Positions 1 to 12,945 of a DNA stretch of 64,000 bases are shown one piece after another (within the stretch, counting starts at the first letter, position 1; every line of letters begins with the position of its first letter). Where the stretch lies: contig QPGO01000096.1 of assembly GCA_008632985.1 (NCBI GenBank), positions 124,001 through 188,000 of the forward strand, given 5' to 3'. The notes beneath the pieces are model-generated. The model was not told where the DNA came from, made no database searches, and saw only the letters and a list, made by a program, of their open reading frames with translations. The DNA is from Psammoneis japonica (lineage: Eukaryota). Made by a program: the position numbers and the translations under genes.

Positions 1-1040
1 ACCCATTTGCCGCTGCGTGGCATTGACTGTGTTTTGATGCACCTTCCTCTTTTTGCATGACTGACAGACCTCTCAGACAATGCACACATGCACGCGCACA
101 TGGCATGTGTGGAGTCCAACCCGTTGGCAATTGTGGCGGTGTGAGCAGGTGGAAGAGCTGCCAAACAGCCAAAGCAACCTGATCTTGGCATGCCAGACAA
201 CCAGATGTTTGCTTGGCATTTGCACACAACAAGAAAGAGCTGTCCAAGGGTTGCTTGTGCTGGGGGAATGGCAGCAAAACTGACTCCCAGATGTGCTCAC
301 CACCCATGCAACAAGACAGATGAGAAAATGTTCATGATCCAATGCATTGTGTGCAAAAGTGCACCAAAAACTCATGGGACTTGGCAAAGAAAGGCGCACA
401 CACATGACTTCCTTCGATTCACACCAAACAAGGCCCCACACATGACAGCTCACTTTGTGAGAAGAGACACTTGCTGGGCTGGATTGTCAAGCCCTGGATG
501 GCCCTTCTGCAGGGCACAGCAAGGTGTTGTCTCTCCTGGACAAAAGAAAAAAGGAGGTTGGTTGAGGTGCTGATTTTGCTCTGTGCTTTTGATGCTCATT
601 TGTGGCTCACTTGTCTGGCAGTTGTTTTGCACTGTTGCTCAGTTGGTGTTTTTTGTCTCTGTGGTGTGTTCCCAGCTGTTTTGCACCTGTGCAGTTTCTG
701 ATCATCTTTGTTTGCTGCCAGTGCTGTTTCACATTGTGAGCTTGCTGTCATCTTGTTCTTGATCTGTGGCCCTGATGTTTCAACCTGATTGTGCCAGCCA
801 AGATGCTCCAACTCGTCCTCAAGAGATGTGGCTTCTGCAGCCCATGACTGTGGACATTCTTCTCGCACACAAGCTCCTCTGGCACACCCCTGATCCCCCC
901 CTCAAGACCTGGTTCTTGCTCACATTCAAGCAAAGAAAGATCAGGATACTCTGGCTCTTCTTTGACATCCTTCAGTGCCTCCAATGTCCCCTCAAGACCC
1001 CGCTTGAAGATGTCGAAAAAATTCATCAGCATCATCACGC
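1..1040. other. TpA/CpG-depleted hypermutated block 1 (decayed repeat or gene, family unknown)
   Basis: Reading by eye I find a single TA (947) in the first ~1085 nt. TG/CA-rich. Overlapping ORFs are rich in Cys/His/Trp/Gln and nearly lack Tyr. Confidence 0.85.
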
Positions 1041-1384
1041 GTGACCAGTGCGGTGCCGGAATGCCGCGCAGCGGCTCTGTCGCAACGTAGCTGTAAGGCC
1101 CTACCGCAGTGTAGAGGCGATGTACCATCAGCCGTTGCATTAGATCTCTAGCTAGAGATTCTCTTTTAAGAAAGAGGACCAAGAGGTTTTGAATAATTGG
1201 TGGATGTTTCGATTTCTTGCAGAAAGATGCGCCACCTCTGCTGCGTCCAATGCCACTGAGGACGCAATATGCTTTGAAAATAAATAGAAACATTACACAT
1301 GCAGCAAACTTTAGCCTCTACTCGTACCATGGACAGCGTAATAGAGAACTCCATCTGCGTTACTTCCCCCCATTCATCTTGACG

Positions 1385-3288
1385 TTAACATTCGTTTGCG
1401 TTCTCCCCTACACTCACGGGTAACGATTTGCGCTTACCATTCGGTCCAAGCCAGCTTAACCCTTCTTGTTCAAGTCTCGCGATCCGTTCATCAGTTAGTT
1501 GTGACTTTTTGCCCCTCAGTTTCAGAGAATATTCTTGCCTCTGTTTGCTTACCCATTTTCCCAGAGGCGGGTTTGCGGCATGCGCCTGCGGCACGTTGCA
1601 ATGTCCAAACTCCGCTTTAAATTCCCGCAACTGCTCAAAACGAGCCTCCCAGCCAACACTAGGGGGCTTGAGGCGCCACTGAAAGCCTATTGCATCGAGA
1701 CGCCTTCTTTGCTCTGCGGTGAGGGGTGCAACGCGAAACTTTGTATTCAGGTTTCCTCCCGAAGCCGCAATCATTTCCGAGTGCCTTTTCTTCTCACGTT
1801 GCCACCTGACCCACTCTCCGAGAGAGCTATTACGCTGCGTGGCATTGCAATGCCCGTTAATCTTCTTGAATTTATCAATTCATTGAACTTGTTGTCCCAT
1901 GCCTTGTTCCCTGAATTCCACGAAAAGCCAATCGTGTCCAGAGCCTTGATGCGTTCCTCTGTCATTACATTGTGCTTGTCTGAATCACGATTCGCGTAAT
2001 AATTACACATTTTCGAGACCCAGACCATAAGTGGACCCTCATCAACGTTACAGTGTCCATGCTTTTCTTGGAATTCCTTCAAGCGTTGGTAGTGCATGTC
2101 CCATTCAAAGTCATCAATGGACCAAACAAAGCCAATAAGGTTGAGCTTGTTGATACGTTCCTGCACCGTATCATTATTTTCTTCTGGCAGCTTGTCACCA
2201 TAAAGCCGACGCTGCTCGTTGACCCAGATACCAAGCGGTTCTTGAAGTACGGGCACGTTGCAATGGCCGTTTGCCTCCTTGTATTCTTCGAGCTCTTTAA
2301 AGGACTTGTCCCACTCGTATTGCTCGACATCCCATAGAAAGCAAATGCCATCAAGCTTGTCGATACGCTCTTGGATAGCCGGTTCGTTTTTACCAAACCG
2401 CTTTTTGGCATACTCGTGACGCTGGCGATCCACCCATGACCCGAGTTGTCCCTGTTCCCTTTTCGGCACGTTGCAATGTCCGTGAGTGGACTTGTACTCT
2501 TGCAACTCCTTGAATTTCTCATCCCATTCAAACTTATCCAAATCCCAAATGAATCCAATGCTTTCGAGTACATCAATACGTGCGTTTGTCATCGTATCGT
2601 TGTTGGTTCTTCCAATCTTGACTCGGTAAACCTCTCGCTGGTGGTTTACCCAATCGCTAAGCGGAACCACAGTTTTTGGAACATTGCAATCTCCTTCTTT
2701 CGCCCGATACTTTAACAGCTCAAACAGCATATCGTTCCATGAGGCAGCCGGAAAGTTCAGATTTGGTCCAGCAGGTGGGAATAGCGATGCAGCATCGGCA
2801 GCAGGCCGCTTGCGTGGGTTATCCTTGCCGTTGCCCCATGCTTGCGGCATCGTCACGTGAGGCGGTGGAGGTCCTGGCGGAGCCTGAAACGGAACACCAG
2901 GTGCTATAGGAGGGCCTCTCCAAGGCATCATTGGGTGATAAGGAGGAGGAACATGATGCATTGGTGGGTAGGGAGGTAGATGAAAGAGAGGACTGTTTGC
3001 ATGAGCCGGTGGCGGAGACTGCGTAGCATTTGATCCTGGAGCCTTTGCAGCAGGCGTCGTCGATTCAGCGCCCGGGGATTTTGTACCAGGAGTTTCTTGT
3101 TGAGTTTCACTCGGATTAGCAGCTGCAGCAGCGCTATCCGTAGATTGAGAGGGCTGATTCAACGACGCCGCTGGAGCGGCACTTTCTGAAGCAGTGTCAG
3201 CACCTGAAGCAGTCGCCTTCTTCTTTTTATTAGAGGAGGGACCAGGTGAAGTTTTCGATTTGCTCAGCCGCGCTTTCTTAGGACTCAT
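1385..3288 (-). CDS. Helicase-associated (HA) domain repeat protein with six HA repeats and a Pro/Ser-rich N-terminus
   Basis: Repeats of W..(F/Y)..L..(Y/F)K...GHCNVP...LG.WV..QR...RI..L..IGF.W in ORFs 1771..3357 and 1385..1774, joined by a frameshift near 1870. Start taken at MSPKKARL. Confidence 0.85.
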
Positions 3289-3715
3289 GATTAGATGTTT
3301 AGCGTTGGTTGTACCAAGATGAAATAATAAGACGCGGCCAGAAGAAGCAGCTAGCACGAAACTGCGCCATGGGCTCGTTGTGTTTTGCGTTTTGGTGAGG
3401 CGAGTGGCGAGAAGACGTCACCCCTGAACAGCAATCATTGCATAAAATAAGCATGGCTAATATTTTAAAAATACCGGTACGTACAATCTCCGTTGAAGAA
3501 ATTATAGGCATACAAATCTTAGAAAGAATATATACGACATGAGTTCGCGGGGTTGGGACGGAAAGCTGATGTTGAACTACCTCTACTCTAGTAGCTAGAG
3601 TAGTTGTATCGACCACCAAGACATACACTACAATGCTACGGCTAATTTGGGGGTACAGTATATCTTTGCATTATTTGAGTTTGTACAAACGCAACAGTGA
3701 TGGTGTAGAACGCGC

Positions 3716-5375
3716 TCAATCGTCAAATGGATTGGAGGATCGTCCACCTGCAGCATTCGACGGTGGGGCTCCTCCCGCAGACCATGGGTGCGCAGACGGC
3801 GGGTCTCCATAGGCCCCAGTAGCAAACGATGGAGGATCCAGTGGAACAGCAGGCGCCATGGGTACGTTGCTACCATAACTGGAATACATGCTAAGCCCGG
3901 GTGCGGATGGTGGAGGCGGAGGAGGAGCCGCTGGCGCTGGTGCAGGAGGACCACCCATGGACGCCGAATCGGTTGACGCCATACTTAAAGACCTTCCGTA
4001 CGAGTTGGGACCAAGAGGAGGGAGAGAGTTGCTACTAGCTCTTCGTGCAGGCGATTCACCAAAGCTCATGGAGCCAGTGGCATCTTGTACCTGTTCCATT
4101 GATGGGGGTGGTGCAGACGCTCCAGCTACTGCCAGCATATCCGAGGTTGTCATGCTGTAGTTGTTGTATGAGCCCGTGGCGGAGTTGACACCCGAGTTAA
4201 AGGAACTCATTGAAGAGGCCCTGCTCAAGGCGTTCGAATCGGAGGATGCCAATTGCACGGGCAGTCCACCAATACCTTGTGGAGAGACCGTTCCAGGAGC
4301 CAAAGACGGCCCGTCTCCATACACGGGAGACGTCACGCCAGCAGTGCCACCCATAAATCCTCCACCTCCGAATGCACCACCCGACTCCAACGCCAATGCT
4401 CCTCCTGTACTCTTGCCAGTTGTAATCTCCGATGGCTTTCTCTCCGCCAAGTCCTTGAGACGAGCTTGCGGGGTGAGTCCGTGCTTATCTGCCAGAGCTT
4501 TCAACTGTGCAACAACCTGATTCAAAGCCGACATTGCCTTTGATTCATCACTGCTCATGGTTGAATCAAATTGCGCAAGTTTTACAAGCATGGGATGGAG
4601 GTCTTTCCACGCCCGATCTGTCACTTCCTCAATTAGAATGCACATGTCTGTAGCAAACCTATTGTAGTGTTCCTTCGCCTTGACTAGTTTTTCTTCGTTT
4701 CGCGCTAGTTTCTCTGAAGTTTTCGCATCCACCTGCTTTCCGTTTGCGAGTGTTTTGTTGGTGCTCTGACGCAGTGATTCCACTTTTCCTTGATAATGAT
4801 CTAAATCACGTCGCAATTGTTCGGCATTCTTGATGCCGGCGGATATCCGATTCGTAACTACTTTATCCCATTCAATGGCATACTCCACAATGTACTGATT
4901 ATACTTGTCTGAATAAGCACCGGATCGCTTTGCATAATCCAAATGAACCGACCTGAACGACACCACAGATGTGTCTCCGTCCTGCGGTAGCTTTCCGGCG
5001 CAATCATGAAGAGGTGTTTTCTCAGCAATCATGCCGATGCAGTTTGCCACCTATGAAGTCAACAGAAAAGCAATCGTTAGACAGGAACCGCTTGTATGCC
5101 AGACTATGCAATGCAAATCTGGTAACAGGTTCTTTTCTTGCATCGCCGTAGAAGTTCACGTGAACATGTACGACGCGTACCTCTGAGCGCGTTTTCGCGA
5201 TTTCTTGCATCGCCGCATGATGATTTTTGAGCGAGATGATGAGACTCTTTAGCTTTGCTTTCAAAACATTGAACCGTTCTACTAGAGCATCAAGATCAGC
5301 ACTCCTATTCTGTGATTTGGAGCCGCCAATGGCTTCCTTGAGCCGTACGCCCACTCGAGCCTTTGCTGGGGCCAT
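3716..5375 (-). CDS. BAR-like coiled-coil endocytic protein with Pro-rich tail ending in NPFDD; 2 exons
   Basis: Exon 1 5375-5181, GT-AG intron 5180-5051, exon 2 5050-3716, in frame (TRSE|VANC). Helical N-terminal half (RRDLDHYQGKVESLR), polyPro, terminal NPF (EH-binding) motif. Confidence 0.75.
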
Positions 5376-5785
5376 GGTCAAAAGGAACGGGCACACACAA
5401 AATGACGGATCTTTGCTGTGACCGTTGCTCAGTACAATCAGACGCAGGGATGTACATGCACGGACATCAGTACAGATTCTACGTATGAATACTCCGATCA
5501 ATCCGACTTGAACGTCATTCGCACGTCAGCATTGCAGAGAGCGAGCGAGCAGTCTTTTGAGCTCACATTTTTCCGTCACCACTACAACGCAAATCTCTAC
5601 TCTAGCTCTAGCTAGTTGTATCAATGATTGGCTAGCTACTAGGAAGTTTTCCTTTTCTCCCACCAATAAAGACATGACAACAGGGAGAACTACGGCACTA
5701 GACCCACTCACTTGTATGTGCTGTTTTCCCAAAGCAGTAGAGTAAGTAGTAGGACGTGTCTCTCACTAGCTTGCCCGTTCCCCCC

Positions 5786-7353
5786 TTAGTCAGATGCAAG
5801 AACGTAACCGTCCTTACGTTCGAATGAATCATTGGCGCTTGACGGATCGCCCATGGTCCACACAATTAGTGATCCATCTTGGGCACCAGAGACAAACCTA
5901 CCATTTGCCATGGTTTGAACTGCCGTCACGCCAGATGAGTGTCCGTGAAATGTATGGACGCATTCCCCAGTCGATGCATTCCACAACTTGATGGTTTTAT
6001 CGGAAGATCCCGACAAGAAGCTGTGGCCGTCTTTCGTTACAGAAATACAAGTGACGGGGGACGAATGCATTTGAAAAGTGCGAATGCGCACTCCCGATGC
6101 GATATGCCACATTTTGATTGTATTGTCCGTTGAACCAGACAGGAAGCAACCGTTTTGATGGAAGCAATGCATGTTGTACTTGAGTTTCCATCAAAGGTGC
6201 GAATACAACTCTCGTCTTGGTTTAAATCCCACAATTTGATGGACCCGTCCCCACGTCGAGATCCCGAGACGAATCTGTCCGTTCCGACCAAAGCCAATGC
6301 CCACACCTCATCAGTATGCCCTTTGAAGGTCCGCATGCATTTCTCACTTGCAAGACTCCACAATTTAATGGTGCCATCGTACGAGCCTGAAACGAACCTG
6401 TCTTTGTCAATGGCTGCTACAGCGAGAACATCAAGAGCATGGCCTAGAAAGGTTTTGATGCAGTCCCCAGTCATCCTATCCCAAGCCTTTATCGAGTAAT
6501 CGCAAGTCCCAGAGACAACTATGCCACCGTCCTTGCCAAGTGTAGCTATACAACTGACGTAGTGATAATGCCCTTCAAATACTCGAATGCATTCTCCCCA
6601 TCTGGATATTTTCCAAAGCTTCACTTTGCTATCGAACGACCCGGAAAGAAATTTGTTGCCGTTGATCGAGACCAAGCAAGTTATTCTATTATCATGTCCC
6701 TGGTGCGTTCGAAGCGGTCCGCTCGGAACCAAGACTTCATTTCGCAAGTCGTACACATCAGCGACCTTGATCAAGGCATTGTAGAGCGACGACAATAAAT
6801 TAGCAGCAGCGAGACCGTTTAATTGCAGTCCACCATTTTCATCCATTCCTTCAAGAAGTGACGTTATGATCGTTTGAGGAATATCTTCCATAAATATTCC
6901 CAAAAGAAGTATAAAGCCAGCTGAGGCTTCCTTGTCCAAGAAACGATCCAAACGTTTGATTGCTTTCTTTGAATCAAACACAATATAGCCTCGAAGGACG
7001 GAGTATTCTCGAATCATGTCACAAACTGTTCCAATATGGATAAGCAGAGGACGAATTAGGCGAAACAATATCCGACATGCAATGTGCATCAAGTGGCCGT
7101 CTGACGCCACCAACGCCCACACCAAGCTCCCCATAATTGTAATTGCCAGCTGCGATCGAAGAAGACTGTGCGGGATGTTGTGGTTTTCCGATGCGAACCA
7201 AGTATCATACCAATACCACCAGTCTAACATGACATCAACGTCTTCCACAGCAGAGGTCAGCAAGTCTCTTGCTTCGAGCTTGTGCTTTTCAAGGCGTCCA
7301 TTCCTGAGACGTTGGTTGGGAGAAAACAACCTTACCAGAAAATGGGCAACCAT
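5786..7353 (-). CDS. Membrane protein with C-terminal WD40 repeat propeller
   Basis: Hydrophobic helices with an EDIPQ motif, then about 7 GH...VSGS.D..IKLW repeats. ORFs 6037..7365 and 5786..6172 joined by a frameshift near 6160. The 5' end is uncertain. Confidence 0.8.
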
Positions 7354-8223
7354 GACGGGTGACAATGCAAAGGAGAAGTTATCTATCTACAGTAGCGCTT
7401 AGCATAGTGAGTAATGGCAGGCATACTGCATCGTTTTCGCATCAGCAACTAGCATTCATAGTAAATTTACTTGTTTTGTCGATCGTCATGGCTATATCAT
7501 GGCGTTGCCGCAGAAAAAGCAAAACGGAAAACGGTAGGGGCCCTAGATGTAGTATGTTGCAACATATATATATATAGTATTCAGCAATGAGGAACAAATA
7601 TACTTTTTAAAATTTTGTTCACGACAGCACAGCAACCGCGTCCCGATAATGCGAATGCAAGTTTGTCCAAAAGCTATTCGCTGTGCTCGTACGAGGGGCA
7701 TAGCTTTTTCAATTCTTTGCTTTGTTGATGGGAAACCTAGAGAACGAGCGCACTAGCTTGGAAGTAAAAACTCTCTCGGACTGACTGAGTTGGAAGGAGG
7801 CAGCAAATACGGAAACGACAGGGACTTGTGGAAGATCTTTCGTTTTAAAGCAACTCAGATGTCATGTTGATTTCCTCTACGTAAGTCTGTCTTTGATGGT
7901 TGTTAGAGGAGACCTCCGTGTGGTACGTATTGTTTCCGTAATTGCATCATTGAATGTCAAACGCAGCCACCCTCGACAAATAAATGAGTGAGCAAATAGT
8001 AGCAGACGAACTGACTACACGTTCAAGTTCTGCACCTACAGATCATCATTCTTACACCAGCACTGATAACTGATAACCACAAGAGAAAGAAAAAGCCCAA
8101 TCTCGACCCCTTTACCGAAGAGTAGACATTTCTCCAACGTTGCTGTCGACACCTTGGATTTCGAACGAGTGATATTTGAAATCTGAAACGGTAATGGTAC
8201 CGGAATGCCAATGCAAAGTCCAT

Positions 8224-8643
8224 TTACTCAACCTCAACGCATACTTCCCCACGATATGGAAGCATTACATTGCCAGCCAAGTTTGAATGCACAGTGACCT
8301 CGCCCTCGACCACTAAATCAGTTTTTCCGCGTCTCATCACGCTAGCTCCGGCTGCAGCCACGCCACTGTAGGTAAAGTCGGCAGGAACATTCACAGTCTC
8401 TCTTGACTTTCCCGCTACTGCAAAAACCTTGGAGCTACTCCCATCCACAATCAGCGTAGCGTCCGACTTCTTGGAAATCTTGTAAGAAACACGTTGCACC
8501 TCGAGAGGCGAAGCGTTTGGATTGTAAATCTCCATCTCGACATTGAGTGTTCCTCCCTTTGTGAAATCAAGGCGCTGAATTGAAACATCTTTGACACTAA
8601 CTTCTGGGTTAAGCGTGGTGGTACGATACAAACACTGGCCCAT
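8224..8643 (-). CDS. LEA14/WHy-domain (LEA_2) protein
   Basis: P.VSV..V......(L)NVEMEIYNPN..PLEV....Y.I pattern. First ATG gives MGQC. Confidence 0.75.
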   Translation of the reverse strand: MGQCLYRTTTLNPEVSVKDVSIQRLDFTKGGTLNVEMEIYNPNASPLEVQRVSYKISKKSDATLIVDGSSSKVFAVAGKSRETVNVPADFTYSGVAAAGASVMRRGKTDLVVEGEVTVHSNLAGNVMLPYRGEVCVEVE

Positions 8644-8829
8644 CTTATTAGTTACAATAGCCAACCAAACAGCCTCTTCCCTTTCGCTTCTGACTGGTTG
8701 CTATGGTTACCGTATCTTGCGTATCTCGCTCGTCGAGCGTCGTCGGGGTGGGTCTACCTCTAGCTACCATAGCTATCGTTGCGTGCGCGCGCGTTGCATT
8801 TTCCGGTGCTATAGTCTGATTGCGTCTGC

Positions 8830-10720
8830 CAGCTGCCAGGTCGTGTCATGAGTTTTTCCTTGGGGCAAGTGTTCTCTGTTGGTGACACGCGGTTTCCGTC
8901 ATCTCTCTCTTTCAGCTTTCAGGCGTTTTGTCACAGTCTCAGCACCCAAGCTTCCTTGAAAAAATTGACTTCTCTGGCATGAAGTCATTGTTTCTTGAGA
9001 TCAATTTAGCCAATTTGCAAACTTGTTGTGGTTTGTTGTTTTGAAGAGTGACAACTGTGGCAGCAGCCTCTTGCTTTGTGAGGCTGCAACTCAGTGCATG
9101 TCTCTTTTTTGTTATGAAGTGCAGTTGTCCCTGACTTTAACCCTTTGTTTGAGCTACCAAGCTACCACCACCCATCAAGGTGGTCATTGATGGTGGGTGC
9201 AGAAAGCATGCAAAAAGGTTGCCAGGCACCCCCCTCCTGCTGGGGGAATTCAGGGGCTTCACCCAAGTGTGACACGAAGAGCAAAAATCAATGTGGTGAT
9301 GAGTTCAGTCTAAGAGCCAGCACCTGGCTTTCAGGAGGCACAATGTTGCCCAATGTTTGATGCCAAGCCCAGCTTCTGTCACCTGCTTGTCAGTGGCATC
9401 ATCTGGCATTGACAACAAGCGGCTGGCTTCGCGACAAAATGGTGTGAGAAACCCATCCCATTGCTGGCTCCTTTGAGTGTGCAGGCTCTTTTTGGGTGTT
9501 TCTGCAGCTTTGGCTGAAAATTGTGTGAGCTGTTGCAGCAGGTGACATGCAGCATTTTCTTCCACGGAGCACCACACTCTCCTTCTCACATGCTTTTCCT
9601 TGTCTCAGCTGTTGCAGGCCTTTGAAGTTTGAAGCACCCTGGTGTCACAATTGCAATGATGCCTGCTTGCTTGGATGTGCATGAGAGCCTGCAAAAACAG
9701 GATTGAAGATCTGCCGGTGCAAAAATCCAAAGAAGAAGAGAGCCGCGGCAATTGACAAAAAGAGAGTTGACAGCCCAAAGCAAAAATGAAAGAGTTGTCA
9801 AACACAGCATCTGGTGCCATCCAAACAGCAAACCAGAGTGCTCAGCCTCCAATCGCAGTGGAAAAGTCAGCAAGTGTGAAACAACAAGTGAGCCCAACAA
9901 GGAATGTCAGCCGTGCTTTGTGCACGCTGCTGCCAGAAGGGCCAGCGGTGCCAACAGCTGCTGGCGTGGGGGATTCTTGCTGGTCCATGCCACTGGAGAA
10001 CCACATGTGCACCTGCACATGTTTGCAACCCAGGCTGGCTGAAGTGTCATGTGCAAAGAGACAACATTGCCAACTCCTTGCCAATTTCTGAACAACAGCC
10101 AACCATGCAATGCTCACACCTTTCATTTTTGCTCTTGTTGCTGCCATTGCCATTCTTGTTGTTCAGTCACATGGCAATTGTTCCTGTTTTTGTGTTGATT
10201 GCAAGGAGTGTTGTCTTTCAAATTGTTCAGCAGCACGCCATTGCCTCACCCAGAGACTTTGGATGGGGGGGTTGACCTTCCCCAGGCTGCTGCAGCAGCC
10301 TCTCATGAAGCACTTTTTCAAGCTCTTGTTGTGTGGCAACAGTTGCTGCTGCTCTTCCTGTGGCTTTAAGCCAAACCCCCTTGCCTTGGTGCTCAAATGT
10401 CAGCCCAGATGGCAAGCTGGAGCCAGGGACACCCTTCTTGTGTCAAGCTTGCCTTTTTCTGTGCTGGAGTGCCAGCAGGTTTTGAAGCCACCAGCATTTC
10501 ATCACACAGCTTCAGAGCACAGCTGCAGATGAGCGAGTGTGACATCAATGATGACGCCGCCAGAAGGGCACAGCAACATGGAGAACCAGCTTCACAGCTG
10601 AGCTGACCAGTGGCTCGCAGCAATGTGATGAGTCTCCATCTTGCCCCACACCCACCCTGAAGCTGTGCAGCCAGCTCCTGAGCTTGCAAAATCCAGCTGT
10701 GCAGCCAAAAGCGACGACAC
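8830..10720. other. TpA/CpG-depleted hypermutated block 2
   Basis: A few TA at 9000-9315, essentially none from ~9320 to ~10720. Dense overlapping Tyr-free ORFs. Confidence 0.85.
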
Positions 10721-11039
10721 ATTAACAGGAGCCCCAACCCCCCATTCAGGCTCATTTTGCAGTCTGATCTCACGGCGCAGCCAACTCCGAATGAAAATTC
10801 GCGCGCGGATGATTGATGGAATCGCGGAATCGGCACGTGCTATCCTTCCGACGTCAGTCAACCCAATCGCGCGCCACTTTCAACTTCCACGGGTGACAGG
10901 TGACAGCGACCACTCTCACCCACGCACCCCGTCACTGCTGATCATTCGTTGATGCACCAAAGATCACACGTCAAGTAGGCCCTAACCCGCCATCGCCGCC
11001 TAATTGGGAGCACCAATTCGGTCAGAGACCATAACTGCA

Positions 11040-11534
11040 ATGTCTGTTCAAGATGCTGTCGTATTTTACGGAGGAGAATTGTCGTCAGACATTGCCCATC
11101 GACTACAAGGAGTGCTTTCTTCTCTACTCAAAGACGTGAAACTGATTAGCATGTCTGATCGAGGTTTCAAATCCTTAAGCGAAAAGAGTGGCACCACATT
11201 GGCTATTTTTGTGGTCCAAACTATAGAAAATGAGTCCCCGCCCGAAGAAGCAGGACCATGTGTTCGATTCTTCAAGCGCAAGACGCATCCCGAAAATCTC
11301 CTGAACTGTCAGTTTGCTGTTCTTGGTTTGGGTGATTCCAACCTCCTGCTCGATCGACAACACACTTCGGCCAAGGACTGCAACCAAGTTGCACAGCTCC
11401 TAGACTTGAGACTTGAAGCAATTGGGGGGAGAAGATTCTGTGATCGAGGAGAGGCAGACGAACGAACGGGATTAACTGAAGTTGAGCCTTGGATAGAGAA
11501 ACTCACTGCTAGAGTCGGGGCGGCGACATCGTAG
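11040..11534 (+). CDS. Stand-alone flavodoxin-like domain protein (diflavin-reductase FMN-domain type)
   Basis: FAVLGLGDSN, CN...LDLRLEAIGG, GEADERTGL..VEPW motifs. Confidence 0.8.
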   Translation: MSVQDAVVFYGGELSSDIAHRLQGVLSSLLKDVKLISMSDRGFKSLSEKSGTTLAIFVVQTIENESPPEEAGPCVRFFKRKTHPENLLNCQFAVLGLGDSNLLLDRQHTSAKDCNQVAQLLDLRLEAIGGRRFCDRGEADERTGLTEVEPWIEKLTARVGAATS

Positions 11535-11672
11535 CCAGAGTGCATCTATTTGTATTCTGATTTAAAGGCGTCTTAGCATCACTGGGTGGTTTATCTCTTG
11601 TAGAAAGCAGATGCTGTTAATCGTCTTATCGAGACTCGGTACTTCGAACCCATAATCGTTGAATCCCTCGCG

Positions 11673-12593
11673 TTATACTACAATCTTATCAAATTCGCTT
11701 TGCAATGCATCCAATTGATTTGTATACAGCATATTGACACTCTTCATGCTGGCGAATAGATCGTTTGCAGTCTCTTTGATTTCTTTTTGAATCGCTGGGG
11801 TTATGCCCACGCCGTCTTCTCCATGTATATCTAGCAAGATACCTAACCAATAGGTACCACCATAACTAGTATATATTTCTTCCCCTTTCTTGATCTTTTT
11901 GGTTGCCACCGTTGCTATTATGGGTGACGGGCCAAAAGGAATGTGAATAGAGTTCTTTGTAAGTTTTGTAGCTCGGTAATACTCCAAGACGCCTTGTTCG
12001 GAGTTTGATTCGACCGTTGCGCCGTCATTAATAAATTGACTCACCCAACCAGGCACAATTTCCCGCTCGGGATTAACGTCGAGGTAAAGTGGTTTTTCTG
12101 AATCGCCCAATACAGAAGGCCGATTGAATATGGGTTGGTCGGTACAGTGAAGGTATCCGGACTTGCTGCTGGGGTGAGTTTCAAAATATGCCGCATCATC
12201 TGGATTCGACACAACAAAGGGCAACTCGCTGTCTACACCAAGAGAATGGGATGGATAAAACGAAATGATCGTGTTGGCTTTAATGGGCTTTTTGGCAAAC
12301 AGTCCAAGGCCGGCTCCTGGTATCGACGATTCTTTGATTTCAGTGTGTTTGTTCACTTTCGACCAGAACGTTTTCAGTGTGGGATTGCCTTGGCAAAAGT
12401 CAGAGCTCATGACAACATTCATCTTTTCAAGGGCTTCTTGAAGTGTGCTCGTGGCGTCGGTCTCCGTTTGGTCGGTGGCTGTCGAGAGCAAACAACATGA
12501 TGGTCTTGATCGACATCTGTTGGTTGAAACAAGTCCAGATGTTTTGTCGGAAAACAAACAAATCCCAAAAACCAGGAAAATCACTTGAAACAT
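11673..12593 (-). CDS. SET-domain methyltransferase-like protein with N-terminal signal/transit peptide
   Basis: ESSIPGAGLGLFAKKPI, FIND, ATKKIKKGEEIYTSYG..YW motifs. Hydrophobic leader followed by a Ser/Arg-rich segment. Confidence 0.8.
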   Translation of the reverse strand: MFQVIFLVFGICLFSDKTSGLVSTNRCRSRPSCCLLSTATDQTETDATSTLQEALEKMNVVMSSDFCQGNPTLKTFWSKVNKHTEIKESSIPGAGLGLFAKKPIKANTIISFYPSHSLGVDSELPFVVSNPDDAAYFETHPSSKSGYLHCTDQPIFNRPSVLGDSEKPLYLDVNPEREIVPGWVSQFINDGATVESNSEQGVLEYYRATKLTKNSIHIPFGPSPIIATVATKKIKKGEEIYTSYGGTYWLGILLDIHGEDGVGITPAIQKEIKETANDLFASMKSVNMLYTNQLDALQSEFDKIVV

Positions 12594-12945
12594 CCCAGAA
12601 ACGGCGACTAAAAACGAGAAGGATGTGTGTGTGTGTGTTGTATGTTGACGGTTGAATAGAATAGATGAAGTTTCAGATGTGTGATTCTGTTGATGAACAC
12701 CGACCCTTAACCTGAAACCAACCTGTTGTCGAGTGAATCACGGATGAAGAGAAGATTGAGTCCCGCTTTCATTCAATGCCACGTCAAACATCCTGTAAAA
12801 GTTCACCCCTGCGTCAGCGTCAGTGGCACTATGGGATGTGGTTGTGTGTGATGTGTGATGATGTCATCACATGCGTTGAGAAGAGAACATTCGTATAAAG
12901 GCGGATACACATGTATGCACAAGTAATCTCCTGCATCCCATGGCA

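Noticed and set aside
8830..10720. Numerous overlapping ORFs in TA-depleted blocks as novel Cys-rich proteins
   Set aside because: Explained by loss of TAA/TAG stops and Tyr codons. They occur in all six frames with no recognisable domains.
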